Shown piece by piece: positions 13,910-26,710 of a stretch of DNA of 64,000 nt. Source of the DNA: Octopus vulgaris (Eukaryota). The notes beneath the pieces were generated by a model. The model was not told the origin of the DNA and did no database searches. It worked only from the letters and a program-made list of their open reading frames with translations. Made by a program: the position numbers and the translations under genes. The number at the start of each line of letters is the position of its first letter. Positions within the stretch are counted from its first letter, which is position 1. The DNA is taken from NCBI GenBank assembly GCA_951406725.2, contig OX597825.1, positions 67,704,001-67,768,000 on the forward strand. Reading direction: 5' to 3'.

Positions 13910-14264
13910 CTCTTTCACTTGTTTCAGTCATGTGACTGTGGCCATGCTGGAGCACCGCCTTTAGTCGAGCAAATTGACCCCAGGACTTATTCTTTGCAAG
14001 CCTAGTACTTATTCTATCGGTATCTTTTGCCGAACAGCTAAGTTACAGAGACGTAAACACACCAGCATCGGTTGTCAAGCGATGTTCGGGGGACAAACAC
14101 ACACATACATACGTCGGGTTTCTTTCAGTTTCCGTCTACGAAATCCACTTACAAGGCTTTGGTCGGCCCGAGGCTATAGTAGAAGACACTTGCCCAAGGT
14201 TCCACGCAGTGGGACTGAACCCGGAACCATGTGGTTCGTTAGCAAGCTACTCACCACTACGCCT

Positions 14265-14265
<1 letters not shown>
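13910..14265 (-). mobile_element. SINE group B
   Basis: Reverse-complement match to 8437-8822. Confidence 0.9.
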
Positions 14266-14320
<55 letters not shown>

Positions 14321-14329
14321 AACAAATAT

Positions 14330-14462
14330 TGATTTCAAATCTTGGCACAATGCCAGAAATTTTGGAGCTAATCGATCACATCGACCCCAGTGTTCAGCTG
14401 GTAATTATTTAATCGACTCCGACAGGATGAAAGGACAACTCGACCTCGGCGGGATTTGAAAT
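14330..14462 (-). mobile_element. SINE group A fragment (short tail)
   Basis: aggatgaaaggacaactcgacctcggcgggatttgaa. Confidence 0.75.
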
Positions 14463-15361
14463 CGAGCCTTAATTTTTGAGGTAACAAATATTATTTTGAA
14501 TCCTTATCCTGAAAAATCATTTTTGCTTGCTTCAGCTGAATATAATTTTAAAAACAACGCCAAAAGTTTTCCTTCAAGTAAAAACAAACAGAAGGAAAAC
14601 ATCGTCTGGAATTTATATTCTTCAAAATATACCGATTCCGTTAGGCTGTTGCTATTTAAAACATTTTATAACTCCAGATATTAAAAACAATAGAAGCTAT
14701 GATTTTACACTTTCATAGAATTAGATGAGAAAATTGCATGAGCTTAGAAGATACCGATAAATTATATCAAAAAGATTTATAAAATAATTTTTAAAACTTT
14801 TTTAAAGTTATATAATCTGAGATTTAATTTATTGGCAACATTTCCCGTATTATTTTTTTGTCTTTTCGCATAGAAAATTTGCAGTGTGTATTTTATTCCA
14901 GCATTCTTCAAAAATCTGTGTAGATATTATATTCTGCCGCTATCGTCTTATTAAGAAATGTAATACATGATAATTAGCTATGAAGTAATTAGCTATTGTT
15001 TTACATAACAATGGAGACTTTACGCGCTCGTCTTGCTTGAAAAACAAAGAACTAAATCTCCTTTTAATTACACCCTACTGTCTTAGAAAAGAATGAACAC
15101 TGGATTGTATAGCTCTAGATATAATTGATGCCGCCATTGCTGTAATGTCTTTGATTCTATTTCAGTTCGTCTGGAACTGAACTATGACTAAGATGATGAC
15201 ACTTTAAACCGCAATGCATTTAATGTTATTAATTCTATGTTTTCTGTTCATAGAAGATACTTTAAGACCACTTAAATGGCGAGTAAACATCTTCCATAAT
15301 TCTTTTAAGGTCCACTTGAATATTTCAAATGCAAAAATTGTGGCTGTAAAGTAGGCTTTAA

Positions 15362-15640
15362 TGGCGGCGAGCTGGCCAGAATAAATTTCTTAGCGACATT
15401 TCGTTCGTCTTAACGTTCTGAGTTCAAATTCGCTTCCGGTCGAGTTTGCTCTATATCCTTTCAGGTTCGATAAAATAACTACCAGTTACGAACTGGGGTT
15501 GATATAATCAACTAACCCCACCCCAAAATCTCAGGCCTTATGCTATTAGTAAGAAGGATTATTTTATTATTTGATAGGCGCAGGAGTGGCTGTGTGGTAA
15601 GTAGCTTGCTTCCCAACCACATGGTTCCGGGTTCAGTCCT
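15362..15640 (+). mobile_element. SINE group A (short tail) followed by a group B head (15574-15640)
   Basis: ggcggcgagctggccagaa... and taggcgcaggagtggctgtgtggtaag. Confidence 0.8.
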
Positions 15641-16071
15641 GGTACACGTTTATATATTTTATATATTCTAAGTTCAAGTCTCACCGACTGTTGCTTTACC
15701 TGTCATCATTCTGAAATCAGTCAACTAAATATCAACTTATGTCAAATTACAAATAAATGCGGATTTTCTATAACAATTAACTAATAACACTTCGTCAGCA
15801 TTTGTGGTTTTGTGAAACTGATCCGCTTGTTCGTGACCTCCGTTTTAATACATCTTCCACGTACAACTCTGGACTGAACTAGACTCCGAGCAGATGAACA
15901 GAACACTCGATCAAGCAACATACTCTGATTCAATATGGACTTGCTTCTCAATATTCCGACTTGTAAACCTAAGATGCTTAAAGACTTATCTGCTTTCTTA
16001 TCATCTATTATTCAAGTTGGATACGAATCACCTTTCCTAGCCAAAATGCCCTTCAGTATTTCATTAACGTT

Positions 16072-16511
16072 GAAGGCGGTGAGCTGGCAGAATTGTTAGC
16101 ACGCCAGGCAAAATGCTTAGTGGAATTTCGTCAGTTTTTGTGTTCTGAGTTCAAATTCCACGGAGGTCGAATTTGCCTTTTATCCTTTAGGAGTCGATAA
16201 AATAAATACCAGTTGAACGCTGGGGTCGATGTAATTGACTTAACTCCTCCCCAAAAAGTTGCTGGCGTTGTGCCAAAATTGGAAAACAATATTTCATTAA
16301 CGTTGAAGGCAGCGAGCTGGCAGAACCTTTAGTATGCCGGACAAAATGCAGAGCCTCATTCCGTCCGTCTTTATGTTCTGAGTTCAAATTCCGCTGAGAT
16401 CGACTTTACCTTTCATCCTTTCGAGGTCAATAACATAAATCCCAGTTGAATTCTGGGGTCGATGTAATCGACTTATATCTTCACCGAAATTGCTGCCCTT
16501 ATGCCAAAATT
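16072..16511 (+). mobile_element. Two complete SINE group A copies in tandem
   Basis: Heads at ~16074 and ~16308; ttaacgttg present before, between and after the copies. Confidence 0.88.
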
Positions 16512-17276
16512 TAACGTTGCAAAGCACTGCCTGTCCGTATAGTCAACAAGGAGAGACATCGGTTCGTGCCGAATACTCTGCAATGCTTCCTACTTTCAAA
16601 ACTGGCAAAATTGACCAAACTGTACAAAAACAATGAAACAAATCACTCTTGTAAACAGGAACTCATAAACGATTCTATTGGTGTAGTACTAGTTTTATGA
16701 TAACAAAGAAAACGTTGGACATAGTGTTAACTACTCCAAAATAAATACCGTCTACTTTCTTACTTTCTTTCTTCGATTTTGTATTTGTTTTCTTGTTTCG
16801 TTTTTTGTTTCTTTTTTTCAAGAATCGTAAAGTTACAAAGCTTCAAAACGAAGTAATTTTCGGCAAATTATTCATGACGGCAGTAAAGTAAGATAATTTG
16901 TTTGGCAGCACTGGATAAATATGGCTGTTTATTTGCAGGAAATCCGATCCTTCCAAATAATTTCGGTTTATCATAATATTCTCTTTGAGTGAAGTTTTTG
17001 CTAAGTTTTATAATTAACACCATAGTTTCAACTTGTAAAATTTCCAAGACGACTGAATTATTTCCCAAACGATTCAATAACAAAGGAAACATTATGTATG
17101 TAGAGTATCAGGTAGCACAGAAGCACAATCGGTTATTTATATATACATATATGTATATACATATATATATATGTACATACATGTATATATATTATATATA
17201 TATATATATGTACATACATGTATATATATATATATATATGTACATACATATATATATTATATATATATATATATAT

Positions 17277-17503
17277 AGAGCGCAATGGCCTAGTGGTTAG
17301 GGCAGCGGAATCGCGGTCGCAGGATCGCGGTTTCGATTCTCAGACCGGGCGTTGTGTGTGTTTATTGAGCGAAAACACCTAAAAGCTCTACGAGGCTCCG
17401 GCAGGGGTGGTGATCCCTGCTGTACTCTTTCACCACAATGGCGGTGCCCCAGCATGGCCACAGCTCAAAAGCTGAAACTGGAAAAACAAAAACAAACAAC
17501 AAA

Positions 17504-17510
<7 letters not shown>
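17277..17510 (+). mobile_element. Chimeric SINE: group C head fused to a group-B/CR1-type tail
   Basis: ...tctttcaccacaa|tggcggtgccccagcatggccacagctcaaaagctgaaactgg. Confidence 0.8.
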
Positions 17511-17581
<71 letters not shown>

Positions 17582-17618
17582 TATATGCATGTATATATGT
17601 ATATATAGATATATATAC

Positions 17619-17668
<50 letters not shown>

Positions 17669-17801
17669 AGAGAGTGTGGCGAGAGGTAGGAAATGAGGGA
17701 AGAGACAAACACACACATATATTTGAAGTTTTCTGTTTGACGTACAATCAAAATTTCATATCACAATAAAGTATACAATATTTGATAAACGGTCTTATAA
17801 C

Positions 17802-17887
<86 letters not shown>

Positions 17888-17999
17888 TATATCATATACA
17901 TCATACATACATACATACATGCATACATACATACATACATACATACATACATACATACATACATACATACATACATACATACATACATACATACATAAA

Positions 18000-18697
18000 G
18001 AGCGCCGAATTTGAATTAGTCTCACTTTTGCGTTTTGAAGTTTGAAGGCATGCTTTTATCATGTTTGCTATCTCTCTTCACTCTGATTAAGAGTTTTCTT
18101 TTGTTGTTGTGTTTCAGAATAGTGTGCAGTGTGTCGTGGAGCAGTTTACAACTGAGCAACATGTTCTCATCGTGAAAACATTTTATCAAAACGGAGGAGA
18201 TGCGACGCAAACAGCTCGAACCAATCGTACTATTTGGGGGAGAAATGAAACACCCAACGATTCTACGGTTCGCAGCCTAATGGCCACCTCCTGCAGTACG
18301 AGCAACATCAATGCGATAAGAGAAATCCTCCCAAACGCGTATCAGCATATCACGATCCACTGAGTACTTCTTTCGCTGTCTGGTTGAATGCTTTATTGAA
18401 GTTTTTCGATTTTCCTTCTATGTCACTATCTTCTGGAATCTCCTCAAACAAAGCAAATCTATTCTTTAATTCCATAATAGATCTGCTTTTGATATGGTAG
18501 TACGCGCCTGGGAGGAATTCTGTTATCGCATTGATATTACCCATGCTGCAGGTGGTGGCCACATTGAACACTTATAAGACAGGAAATAAAAGTTGATTGT
18601 GAGTAAATACTTGTGACTTAGCTGGAGTTTTCTATTGCTTTTCCTTATTAAGATGTTGCGTAATGAAATCGTTTCATTGTTTTTGAATAACCCTGTA
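18000..18697 (+). mobile_element. Rearranged Tc1/mariner (rosa-like) transposon remnant with a LINE-like piece in the middle
   Basis: N-terminal EQFTTEQHVLIVKTFYQNGGDATQTAR...STVRSLM; C-terminal VRAWEEFCYRIDITHAAGGGHIEHL*; end ...gaataaccctgTA. Confidence 0.7.
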
Positions 18698-18787
18698 TAT
18701 ATATATATATATCTGTATATATGTGTGTGCATAATGTACGTATGTATATTTTTATATGCATACATACATACATATGCATACATACAC

Positions 18788-18828
<41 letters not shown>

Positions 18829-19287
18829 TATACAGATATACGTACATATGTGGGAACGAATATACGTACATAGAAATATATAGAAATATACACATATATG
18901 TAGATATATTCATGCATTCAGAGAGAGAGGGAGGGGAGAGAAAACAAAAAGGTATGAAATTGAGGTGACTAAACTTTAGAGCTAACCCTTTGTCGATCTC
19001 AGTAAACAAATTTCAAGTTTTTTTTTCTCCTTTTACAGACACTGGAAATAGTGTTTCCTACCGAATCAATGATGCTGAATTCAGAATTAATTACCATATT
19101 TCCTGATAAATTCCAAATTTTGAATAACCACGTCACATATTTCCTCTTGCGTTTCTACTTCTGATTTCATCAAATTTCTATTTCTATATTATTTCAATAT
19201 TATGCATTCTTATTTTTCTGATAGTTCCTATAGTTTAGATAAGTTTATTCATTCGTTCACTATCGTCTATTCAGTGACGCCTACACG

Positions 19288-19331
<44 letters not shown>

Positions 19332-19337
<6 letters not shown>

Positions 19338-20322
19338 TTATAAGTATATGAAAGAATGGAGTTGAACGACTAGTTAACAAATATCCTTTATTCTCGACAT
19401 ATGTTTCGAAGGCTGCATATTCCTAATTCCGAAGGAATAAGGAGTACATTATGCAGATTTCTCATCAGGAAAATCAAGGAACTTATGTCGACATCAAAAT
19501 GCACAAAAAACTTTTAGCTGACCGCTCTCAAGGAGCCCATGGCGATAATGAGTGTCTCTTTATAATGAGTGACGTCAGAGTGGCTGAATGTAGAAGAATC
19601 TAGAAGTTTCTAAAGGTTCAAGAGTTCAAACGAAGTAGGAGGAGGAGGCATAAGAATAGTAAGGTGAGAGAGTGCAGGTCAAAAGAATGGTGGGTTTAAA
19701 TGATTTCTTTTGTGAATGAGTGCCTGTGTGTGTGACTATATAACTGTCTTAATGTGTGTATGTGTGTGTCTGAATGCGTGATTGTGTTTGTGGGTGGGTA
19801 GATGTCAGAAAACTGACAGCTGTGAGATGAAAGATCTGTGTCTGTGTGTTCGATTATGTTTACTGTATAGAAAGGAAAGTAGATAGCGAAAGGGAGAAAG
19901 AATCGGGCGAGGTGAGAGGCAACGCAAGAATGGATAGTAGTAATTGGGAATATAAGAAAATCTTTTTGACTATTGGGGTGAAGTATAGGAAATTTTTTTT
20001 TTTTTTGGGAAATCGAGGATTATCTATATTAGTCACTATTTATATGAGTGAAAGGTGTGTCTTTTCCAGTGTAAACACCTGTAGGATCTTTCGACGATTG
20101 TGTTTATTATATGAAAAAGTTTGGAATTACAGATGCCACAAAATTTTCTGCCTTTATCAAACGGGAAGGACACCGACAAAATGGACCATTCGAGCTTGAA
20201 CGTAGTGTTATTGTTCTTCAGACGCCAGACTAATTTGCTTAGCCCCGTGCTGTGTTGCTTTCTCTTATCTCTGAAAGTGGAATAATGGTTGGAGATCCGT
20301 TGGGTTACTTTAGAGGAGGTTG
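19332..20322 (-). mobile_element. Penelope-like element 3' remnant (GIY-YIG C-terminus + pLTR), inserted in (TA)n
   Basis: TQRISNHYSTFRDKRKQHSTGLSKLVWRLKNNNTTFKLEWSIL...FCGICNSKLFHII resembles PLE endonuclease C-termini; hammerhead lies downstream on the same strand. Confidence 0.8.
19391..19473 (-). ncRNA. Type I hammerhead ribozyme, canonical core, long stem II
   Basis: UUUUC-CUGAUGA-GAA..CUGCAUA...UAUGCAG..UUC-GAAA-CAUAUG-UC-GAGAA; palindromic stem III ACAUAUGU. Confidence 0.8.
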
Positions 20323-20391
<69 letters not shown>

Positions 20392-20392
<1 letters not shown>

Positions 20393-20604
20393 CACAGTAA
20401 TTTCCCTTTGTATAACGGTATGTTTTCATAGCGTTTTCAAATAGCCAGATAACCGAAGAGATGACGTGGATTCCCACTTCGGCATCTGAAACTCAGAGTT
20501 TTATCTTGACTATCGAGTAATGTAACATATTATTGTATAGATAAATTTCCTCTATTTACATAATATTGAGGTCTCTTTCTTTCTTTTGTTATCTTACCGT
20601 TTTA

Positions 20605-20608
<4 letters not shown>
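20392..20608 (+). mobile_element. Non-autonomous PLE-like mini-element (family H1) between (TA)n tracts
   Basis: Near-identical to 32085-32290; contains a hammerhead-like motif. Confidence 0.75.
20447..20506 (+). ncRNA. Type I hammerhead-like motif (H1), CCGAAGA core variant
   Basis: AGAUAA-CCGAAGA-GAUG..CAUC-U-GAAA-CUCAGAG-UU-UUAUCU. Confidence 0.6.
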
Positions 20609-20654
<46 letters not shown>

Positions 20655-21277
20655 GGGGGGATTCTCTTGTCGTGAATGACAAATGAGTTGTTCAGTAAAA
20701 TAAGGCGGTAATCATGTTCTATGGTTACGAATGTGTCTCTTAAGGCCACCTTGTACTTTGCAAACCTTTTGTTAAATGGAACAAATTGAAGATTCAGTTA
20801 GCTCGAGAGCTTGTGAATCATTTACTGCGCATTTTCTAGAGTGGAAGCCACAAAACCACTATAACAGGTAAGGTTTCTATTTAAAGTAGTGATGTTTTGC
20901 CAGCGTGTTTTTATGCTTGCCCGAAGTTGATCGCGAAAGGATAAAAAGCTAAGTTGAATTTATCGCGAATTGAACTCGGAGCGTAGGGAGTCAGAACAGA
21001 TACTGTGAAGTATTCTGGCCGGCTCGCTAATGACTCAACCGTTTCCACGCCAAATACCTGTACATCAAAAGATAAGTTACCCGTTCGATTATTAGTATTC
21101 GATAAAATAAATATCGGTATCCAGCTGAAATAAATAAATCGGTCGTTATAATCTACTAAAATCCTTCGACGAATTGACCCAGACAGGCCATGGAATCCAT
21201 ATACCGATATTTAGAAACACAGACTCCAATAGATCAAACTATTGGCATTCAACAATAGTCATTGGGATTTAACTCTA

Positions 21278-21580
21278 AGGTGAGGTGGCAAAATCGTTCG
21301 AAAGTCGGAAAAAATTTTCTAACTGTTTACATTCTGAGTTGGAATCCCTTTGTTGTTCAGCCATCCGGGGTCACCAAAAGAAGATAACAGTCAAGTGCTG
21401 GGGTAGAGGGTATCGACTTAGGCCTTCCCCTCAAAATGGCTGGCCTTGTGTCAAAATTAGATACAGTTCAATTTCAGTTCTGCGATGGACTGGCGCCCCG
21501 TCTAGCTGGTGAACACATACGCCATAGAAACCGGGAAACCGGGCCCATGAGCCTGGCTAGGCTTTAAAAGGGCGCATTTA
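21278..21580 (+). mobile_element. Degenerate SINE group A followed by a tail fragment (ctgcgatggactggcgccccgtc...gaaaccggg)
   Basis: Similarity to group A and to the tail of 4978-5252. Confidence 0.6.
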
Positions 21581-21837
21581 TTTTATTTTTAATTTCAGTT
21601 CTGTTCACCCTAACTACCAGAATACAGTAGTGTTTTTTTAAATGTTCACACATCGCATTGAAATGATGAATGAGATTTTTGGCATAGCTAAACGCCAATA
21701 AAATCCATCTCACACCCTACGTGTGCTAGATCTTACACATTGCTTCCGCTAATATTCCAGACACACCGATTCGACAAGAAGCAGATGCTCTTTGGAACTA
21801 TACGACTTGCTACAAGAGCTATCCAAACCTCTCAAGT

Positions 21838-22019
<182 letters not shown>

Positions 22020-22387
22020 TAAATGTTCAAAATATATACTCGTAAAGATGTTATTATTATTATCATCAGCGGTAAATCTAAATAATTGATAACAATAACA
22101 ATAGCATTAGTGGCAGCAAACTATATTAGTATTAAACATATTATATTCTAAATTATATTAAAGGGTACACGAAGCAACAGCTTGCTGTAATGTAGAAGTA
22201 AAAACTCCCAACTTAACCACCAATCTCACTGACAATACGTAATGGACCAACAGAAATCGGGCAAACGAGTGGAATTTAGCATATCTCAGGTAAAACGTCG
22301 TAGAACAAGGCAACATATATATCTGGATCGTGATTTCGAATTGCGGCTAGTGCCTCAATTCTCCTTAGCAAGTCTTGCATGTATATA

Positions 22388-22606
22388 TGGCAGAATCGTT
22401 AGCACGCCGGGCGAAATTTTTAGCGGTATTTCGTCTGCCGTGACGTTCTGAGTTCAAATTCCGCCGAGGTCGAGTTTGCCTTTCATCCTTTCGGGATCGA
22501 TTAAATAAGTACCAGTTACGCAGTGGGGTCGATATAATCGACTTAATCCGCTTGTCTGTTCTTGTTCGTCCCCTCTGTGTTTAGCCCCATGTGAGTAGTA
22601 AAAAAA
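22388..22606 (+). mobile_element. SINE group A (long tail)
   Basis: tggcagaatcgttagcacgccgggcg...tttagccccatgtgagtagtaaaaaaat. Confidence 0.9.
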
Positions 22607-22622
22607 TAATATATATATATAC

Positions 22623-22679
<57 letters not shown>

Positions 22680-22808
22680 CATACATAGATAACGCACGAT
22701 TTATTCGTGATCAGAGGCATTCGTAAACCGAGGTAATACTGAATTAAATGAATATGAGAAAGACAGAAGATTTATTCATGATCAGAGTTGTTCGAAAACC
22801 GAGGTTCT

Positions 22809-22866
<58 letters not shown>

Positions 22867-22954
22867 TATAATATTATATAATATAATATAATATAATATA
22901 ATATAATATAATATAATGTAATATAATATAAACAGCAGGTTGCAATGTTTCTCC

Positions 22955-23130
22955 TAAAAAGGACAATTATAATTGTCACTAAATGTGACTAGGGTGTTAA
23001 AAACACCTACATTGCTAGAAATAAAACTTAAAATGCTGTATTTAAAGCATATGAATGAAAACATATACGCTAATAAGGACCTTAATTGTCCGAAAAATGA
23101 CAACCGAGATTTTTTAAGACTGACGCGTCA
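22955..23130 (+). repeat. Unclassified interspersed repeat; second copy at ~35955-36140
   Basis: ctaaatgtgactagggtgtta..aacacctacattgctagaaataa shared; both copies follow TA-rich tracts. Confidence 0.7.
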
Positions 23131-23677
23131 ATTTCGGCAAGTTCCATTGCCGTCATCAGTTAATCCAACTTGGTGTTTGACTTTACGAAACGTAACAGAA
23201 GCATCTGTACTGTTACAATTATATGAATATAACATACTCAACGTACGTGAAAAGGCAGAAGCTCCGGTTTTTCGTCCACGGAAAATCTTTTTATAGACGT
23301 ATTGTGTTAAAAAATCCAATACACTTTAGAGCTAGGCGCCCACTACTAATTGTCGTGAGTTCACAAAGGGAAATATAGGTATGTTCAGTATGAACTGTGA
23401 GAGCTCAGCAGGAGAGTCATATATGAAATGGAAGTTGCAGGATGCTGAATGTGTACACGATTTGGATTTTTATTAGAAATAAAATATATTTAATACAGGG
23501 ATTATATTTATATTGTCAGGTTATATAAAGGCGAGGTATGTGTCTGTCAAAGAGGAGTTGAAGGAGCGCTGAATGTTTAGAGGGCTTTAATTTTTCTTGT
23601 AAGTAAAATTAAATTATTAAACCAAGGATGATTCGTGTATTGTAAACACCTTTTCAAGAAAACTTTGCCGGGGTTAA

Positions 23678-24028
23678 GGTACTTATTTTATCGACCCCCG
23701 AAAGGCTAAAAGACAAAGTCGACCTCTGCAGGATTTGAATTCAGAACGTAAAAATTGACGAAATGCCGCTAAGCATTTTGACTGGCCTGCTAACGTTTCT
23801 TATTTCTTTATTGCCCACAAGGGGCTAAACATAGAGGGGACAAACAAGGACAGACAAAGGGTTTAAGTCGATTACATCGACCCCAGTACGTAACTGGTCC
23901 TTAATTTATCGACCCCGAAAGGATGAAAGGCAAAGTCGACCCCGGCAGAATTTGAATTCAGAACGTAAAAATTGACGAAATACCGCTAAGAATTTTGTCT
24001 GACCTGCTAACGTTCCTGCCAGGTCGCC
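23678..24028 (-). mobile_element. SINE group A head-to-tail dimer
   Basis: Two units; junction ctaacgtttct/tatttcttt near 23800. Confidence 0.88.
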
Positions 24029-24865
24029 ATCTTGCTTTGTGCCGGAATTAGAAGCAATTAGTAAATCAACGAGAAATGTGGGATCGGTGCGGTAAATAGT
24101 GAGAAGAGATAGTAGGGTGGTGTGAGTTAACTGGCAATGCGCAACAGCAGACACATATACACAGTTGGTTTATTTTCTATCTTCCTTTACATCTGGATAA
24201 ACAAACAGCCAATAAACAACCTTCTGCAAAATTGCCTCGTGTTCTAATTTAGATATTATCATTGTTAATTTACATATGGCCGCTGTTTTTAATCACAGCA
24301 TTATAGGGAAGTGATTTGGGAACATTCTATAGCATTTGTTTTAGTGTGTGTGTGTGTGCGTGCGTGTGTGTCTGTGTGTGTGTGTGTGTATGTGTGTGTG
24401 TGTGTGTGAGTCTGTGTATGTGTGTGTATGTGTGTGAGTGTGTGTGTATGTGTGTGTGTGTGCGTACGGTTGTTTCTATGTACATATGTTCGTGGCGTAG
24501 GTATGCGTCGGTGTGTACGATTCTTTCTGTATATGTGCTTGTAGCGTGGATGTGAGTTTGGGTGTACGACTGCTTCTGTATATGTATTTTGTGGTGTGGA
24601 TGTGAGTGTTCTGTATAGATCTATGGTATGCCTGTTTGCATGTGAGTGAGTGTGTATGTGCATATTTCTGTGTAACTCTGAAGACGTTTAATGATCTGCG
24701 TGTACGTGAGCTACTGTGTGCGGCTGTGTGGGCCTATGTGCGCCTGTGTATTTGTGGTATCGTATGTGTGTGTGTCAATGTGTGTACCTTTGTGTGTAGT
24801 AATTGTATATGTCTGTGTATGTTTGTATATGTGCTTGCTCTTACAACTGCATGCGCGCCTATATA

Positions 24866-24919
<54 letters not shown>

Positions 24920-24924
24920 CACAT

Positions 24925-24963
<39 letters not shown>

Positions 24964-25120
24964 AAAATTTGGAATTACTTTGTTTCTCAGAAGAGTTTCC
25001 TGTGGATTCTATATTCTGTCCATTCAATGGTTTTTGTCTGCAAAGGAAAATATTTCTAATTGTAATGCAGCACATCTCGAGCATACAGTTGCACATACTA
25101 CAACAAATGCAGCTGCACCT

Positions 25121-25177
25121 GCTACTACTACTGCTACTACTACTACGACTACTACTACTACTAATAATAATAATAAC

Positions 25178-25224
<47 letters not shown>

Positions 25225-25246
25225 TAATAACAATAACAATAATAAC

Positions 25247-25279
<33 letters not shown>

Positions 25280-25316
25280 TAATAATAATAACAATAATAA
25301 TAATAATAATAATAAT

Positions 25317-25383
<67 letters not shown>

Positions 25384-25385
25384 TC

Positions 25386-25459
<74 letters not shown>

Positions 25460-25467
25460 CATTAATA

Positions 25468-25512
<45 letters not shown>
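25121..25512. repeat. (ACT)n followed by a long (AAT)n microsatellite
   Basis: Direct reading. Confidence 0.98.
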
Positions 25513-25515
<3 letters not shown>

Positions 25516-25536
25516 GCTCTGATGCAGTACCAACCA

Positions 25537-26184
25537 AACGCTAGTTTCTGAAAAACAAATTTTATGTTGGACATAAAGTCACAGTTTTTAGCATAACAGT
25601 CACCGAAATACAAGAAGTCAATTTAAGTTTTATGCCTTCTTATAGTTGGCCTGTAAGCCCTTTTAGTTCCGTTAGTCCCCAGTCTTGAGCCCAATCCGGG
25701 GCCAATGGATTTTGTACCATTCAAATATGAATCACAAAATTATAAGAAGGTATAAAACTTAAATTGATTTCTTGTCGCGGTCATAGGATCGCGGTTTCGA
25801 TTCCCAGACCGGGCATTGTGAGTGTTTATTGAGCGAAAACACCTAAAAGCTCCACGAGGCTCTGGCAGGGGATGGTGGTGATCCCTGCTGTACTCTTTCA
25901 CCACAACTCTCTCTCACTCTTACTTCCTGTTTCTATTGTACCTGTATTTCAAAGGGACGGCCTTGTCATTCTCTGTGTCACGCTGAATATCCCCGAGAAC
26001 TACGTTAAGGGTACACGTGTCTGTGGAGTGCTCAGCCACTTACACGTTAATTTCACGAGCAGGCTGTTCCGTTGATTCGGATCAACCGGAACTCTCATCG
26101 TCGTAACCGACGGAGTGCTTCCACCCATGCTAAAAACTGTGATTTTAAATCCAACATAAATTCTGTTTTTCAGAAACTAGCGTT
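25537..26184. mobile_element. Foldback/MITE-like element with ~110-bp inverted arms, right arm interrupted by a SINE
   Basis: aacgctagtttctgaaaaaca... vs ...tgtttttcagaaactagcgtt; inner arms caagaagtcaatttaagtttta / taaaacttaaattgatttcttg. Confidence 0.75.
25775..26127 (+). mobile_element. SINE group C (tail 1), 5'-truncated
   Basis: Matches 39174-39560. Confidence 0.92.
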
Positions 26185-26515
26185 GAATTTTTGAGCACAA
26201 AAGTTAAGTTTTCTGCATTCAGAATAGTGACAGAGTTATTTTGCAAGCCCACATCATCCCACATTTACCTCCACCGCCGCTCTGACATTTTTATCAGTTA
26301 AAAAAACTTAATCGTTTTCGTGCTAAAATCAAAAGCCATTTATCATTTCTGGCAACATGCAAACAAGAAAAAGTTATATCGGACAGTCTTACATCAAATA
26401 TACCAATGTGTGTATCAAAAGTTTAAACTGATTGGTGAGAGCAATTGATTTCACATAATGGAAGCTATTATTGAACACTACCGTTCAAAATTAGAATTGC
26501 TTAATTAGTATTATT

Positions 26516-26710
26516 AAGGCGGTGAGATAGCAGAATCGTTAGCACGCCGGGCGAAATATTGTACTTTGCAGCATTTCGTCCGTCCTTACGTTCTGAGTTC
26601 AAATTCCGCCGAGGTCGACTTTGCCTTTAATCCTTTCTGGGTCGATAAATTAAGTACCAGTTACACACTGGGGGTCAATATAATCGACTGACCCCTCCCG
26701 CCAAATGAAC
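26516..26710 (+). mobile_element. SINE group A (short tail)
   Basis: aaggcggtgagatagcagaatcgttagcacgccgggcg... Confidence 0.88.

Noticed and set aside
16989-18045. Many overlapping YI/CV/HT-rich ORFs here and across the window
   Set aside because: Dinucleotide and tetranucleotide repeat read-through, not genes
24606-25613. Longest ORFs in the track (312, 267, 158, 150 aa; poly-N/I/L)
   Set aside because: Translations of (TG)n, (TA)n, (ACT)n and (AAT)n microsatellites
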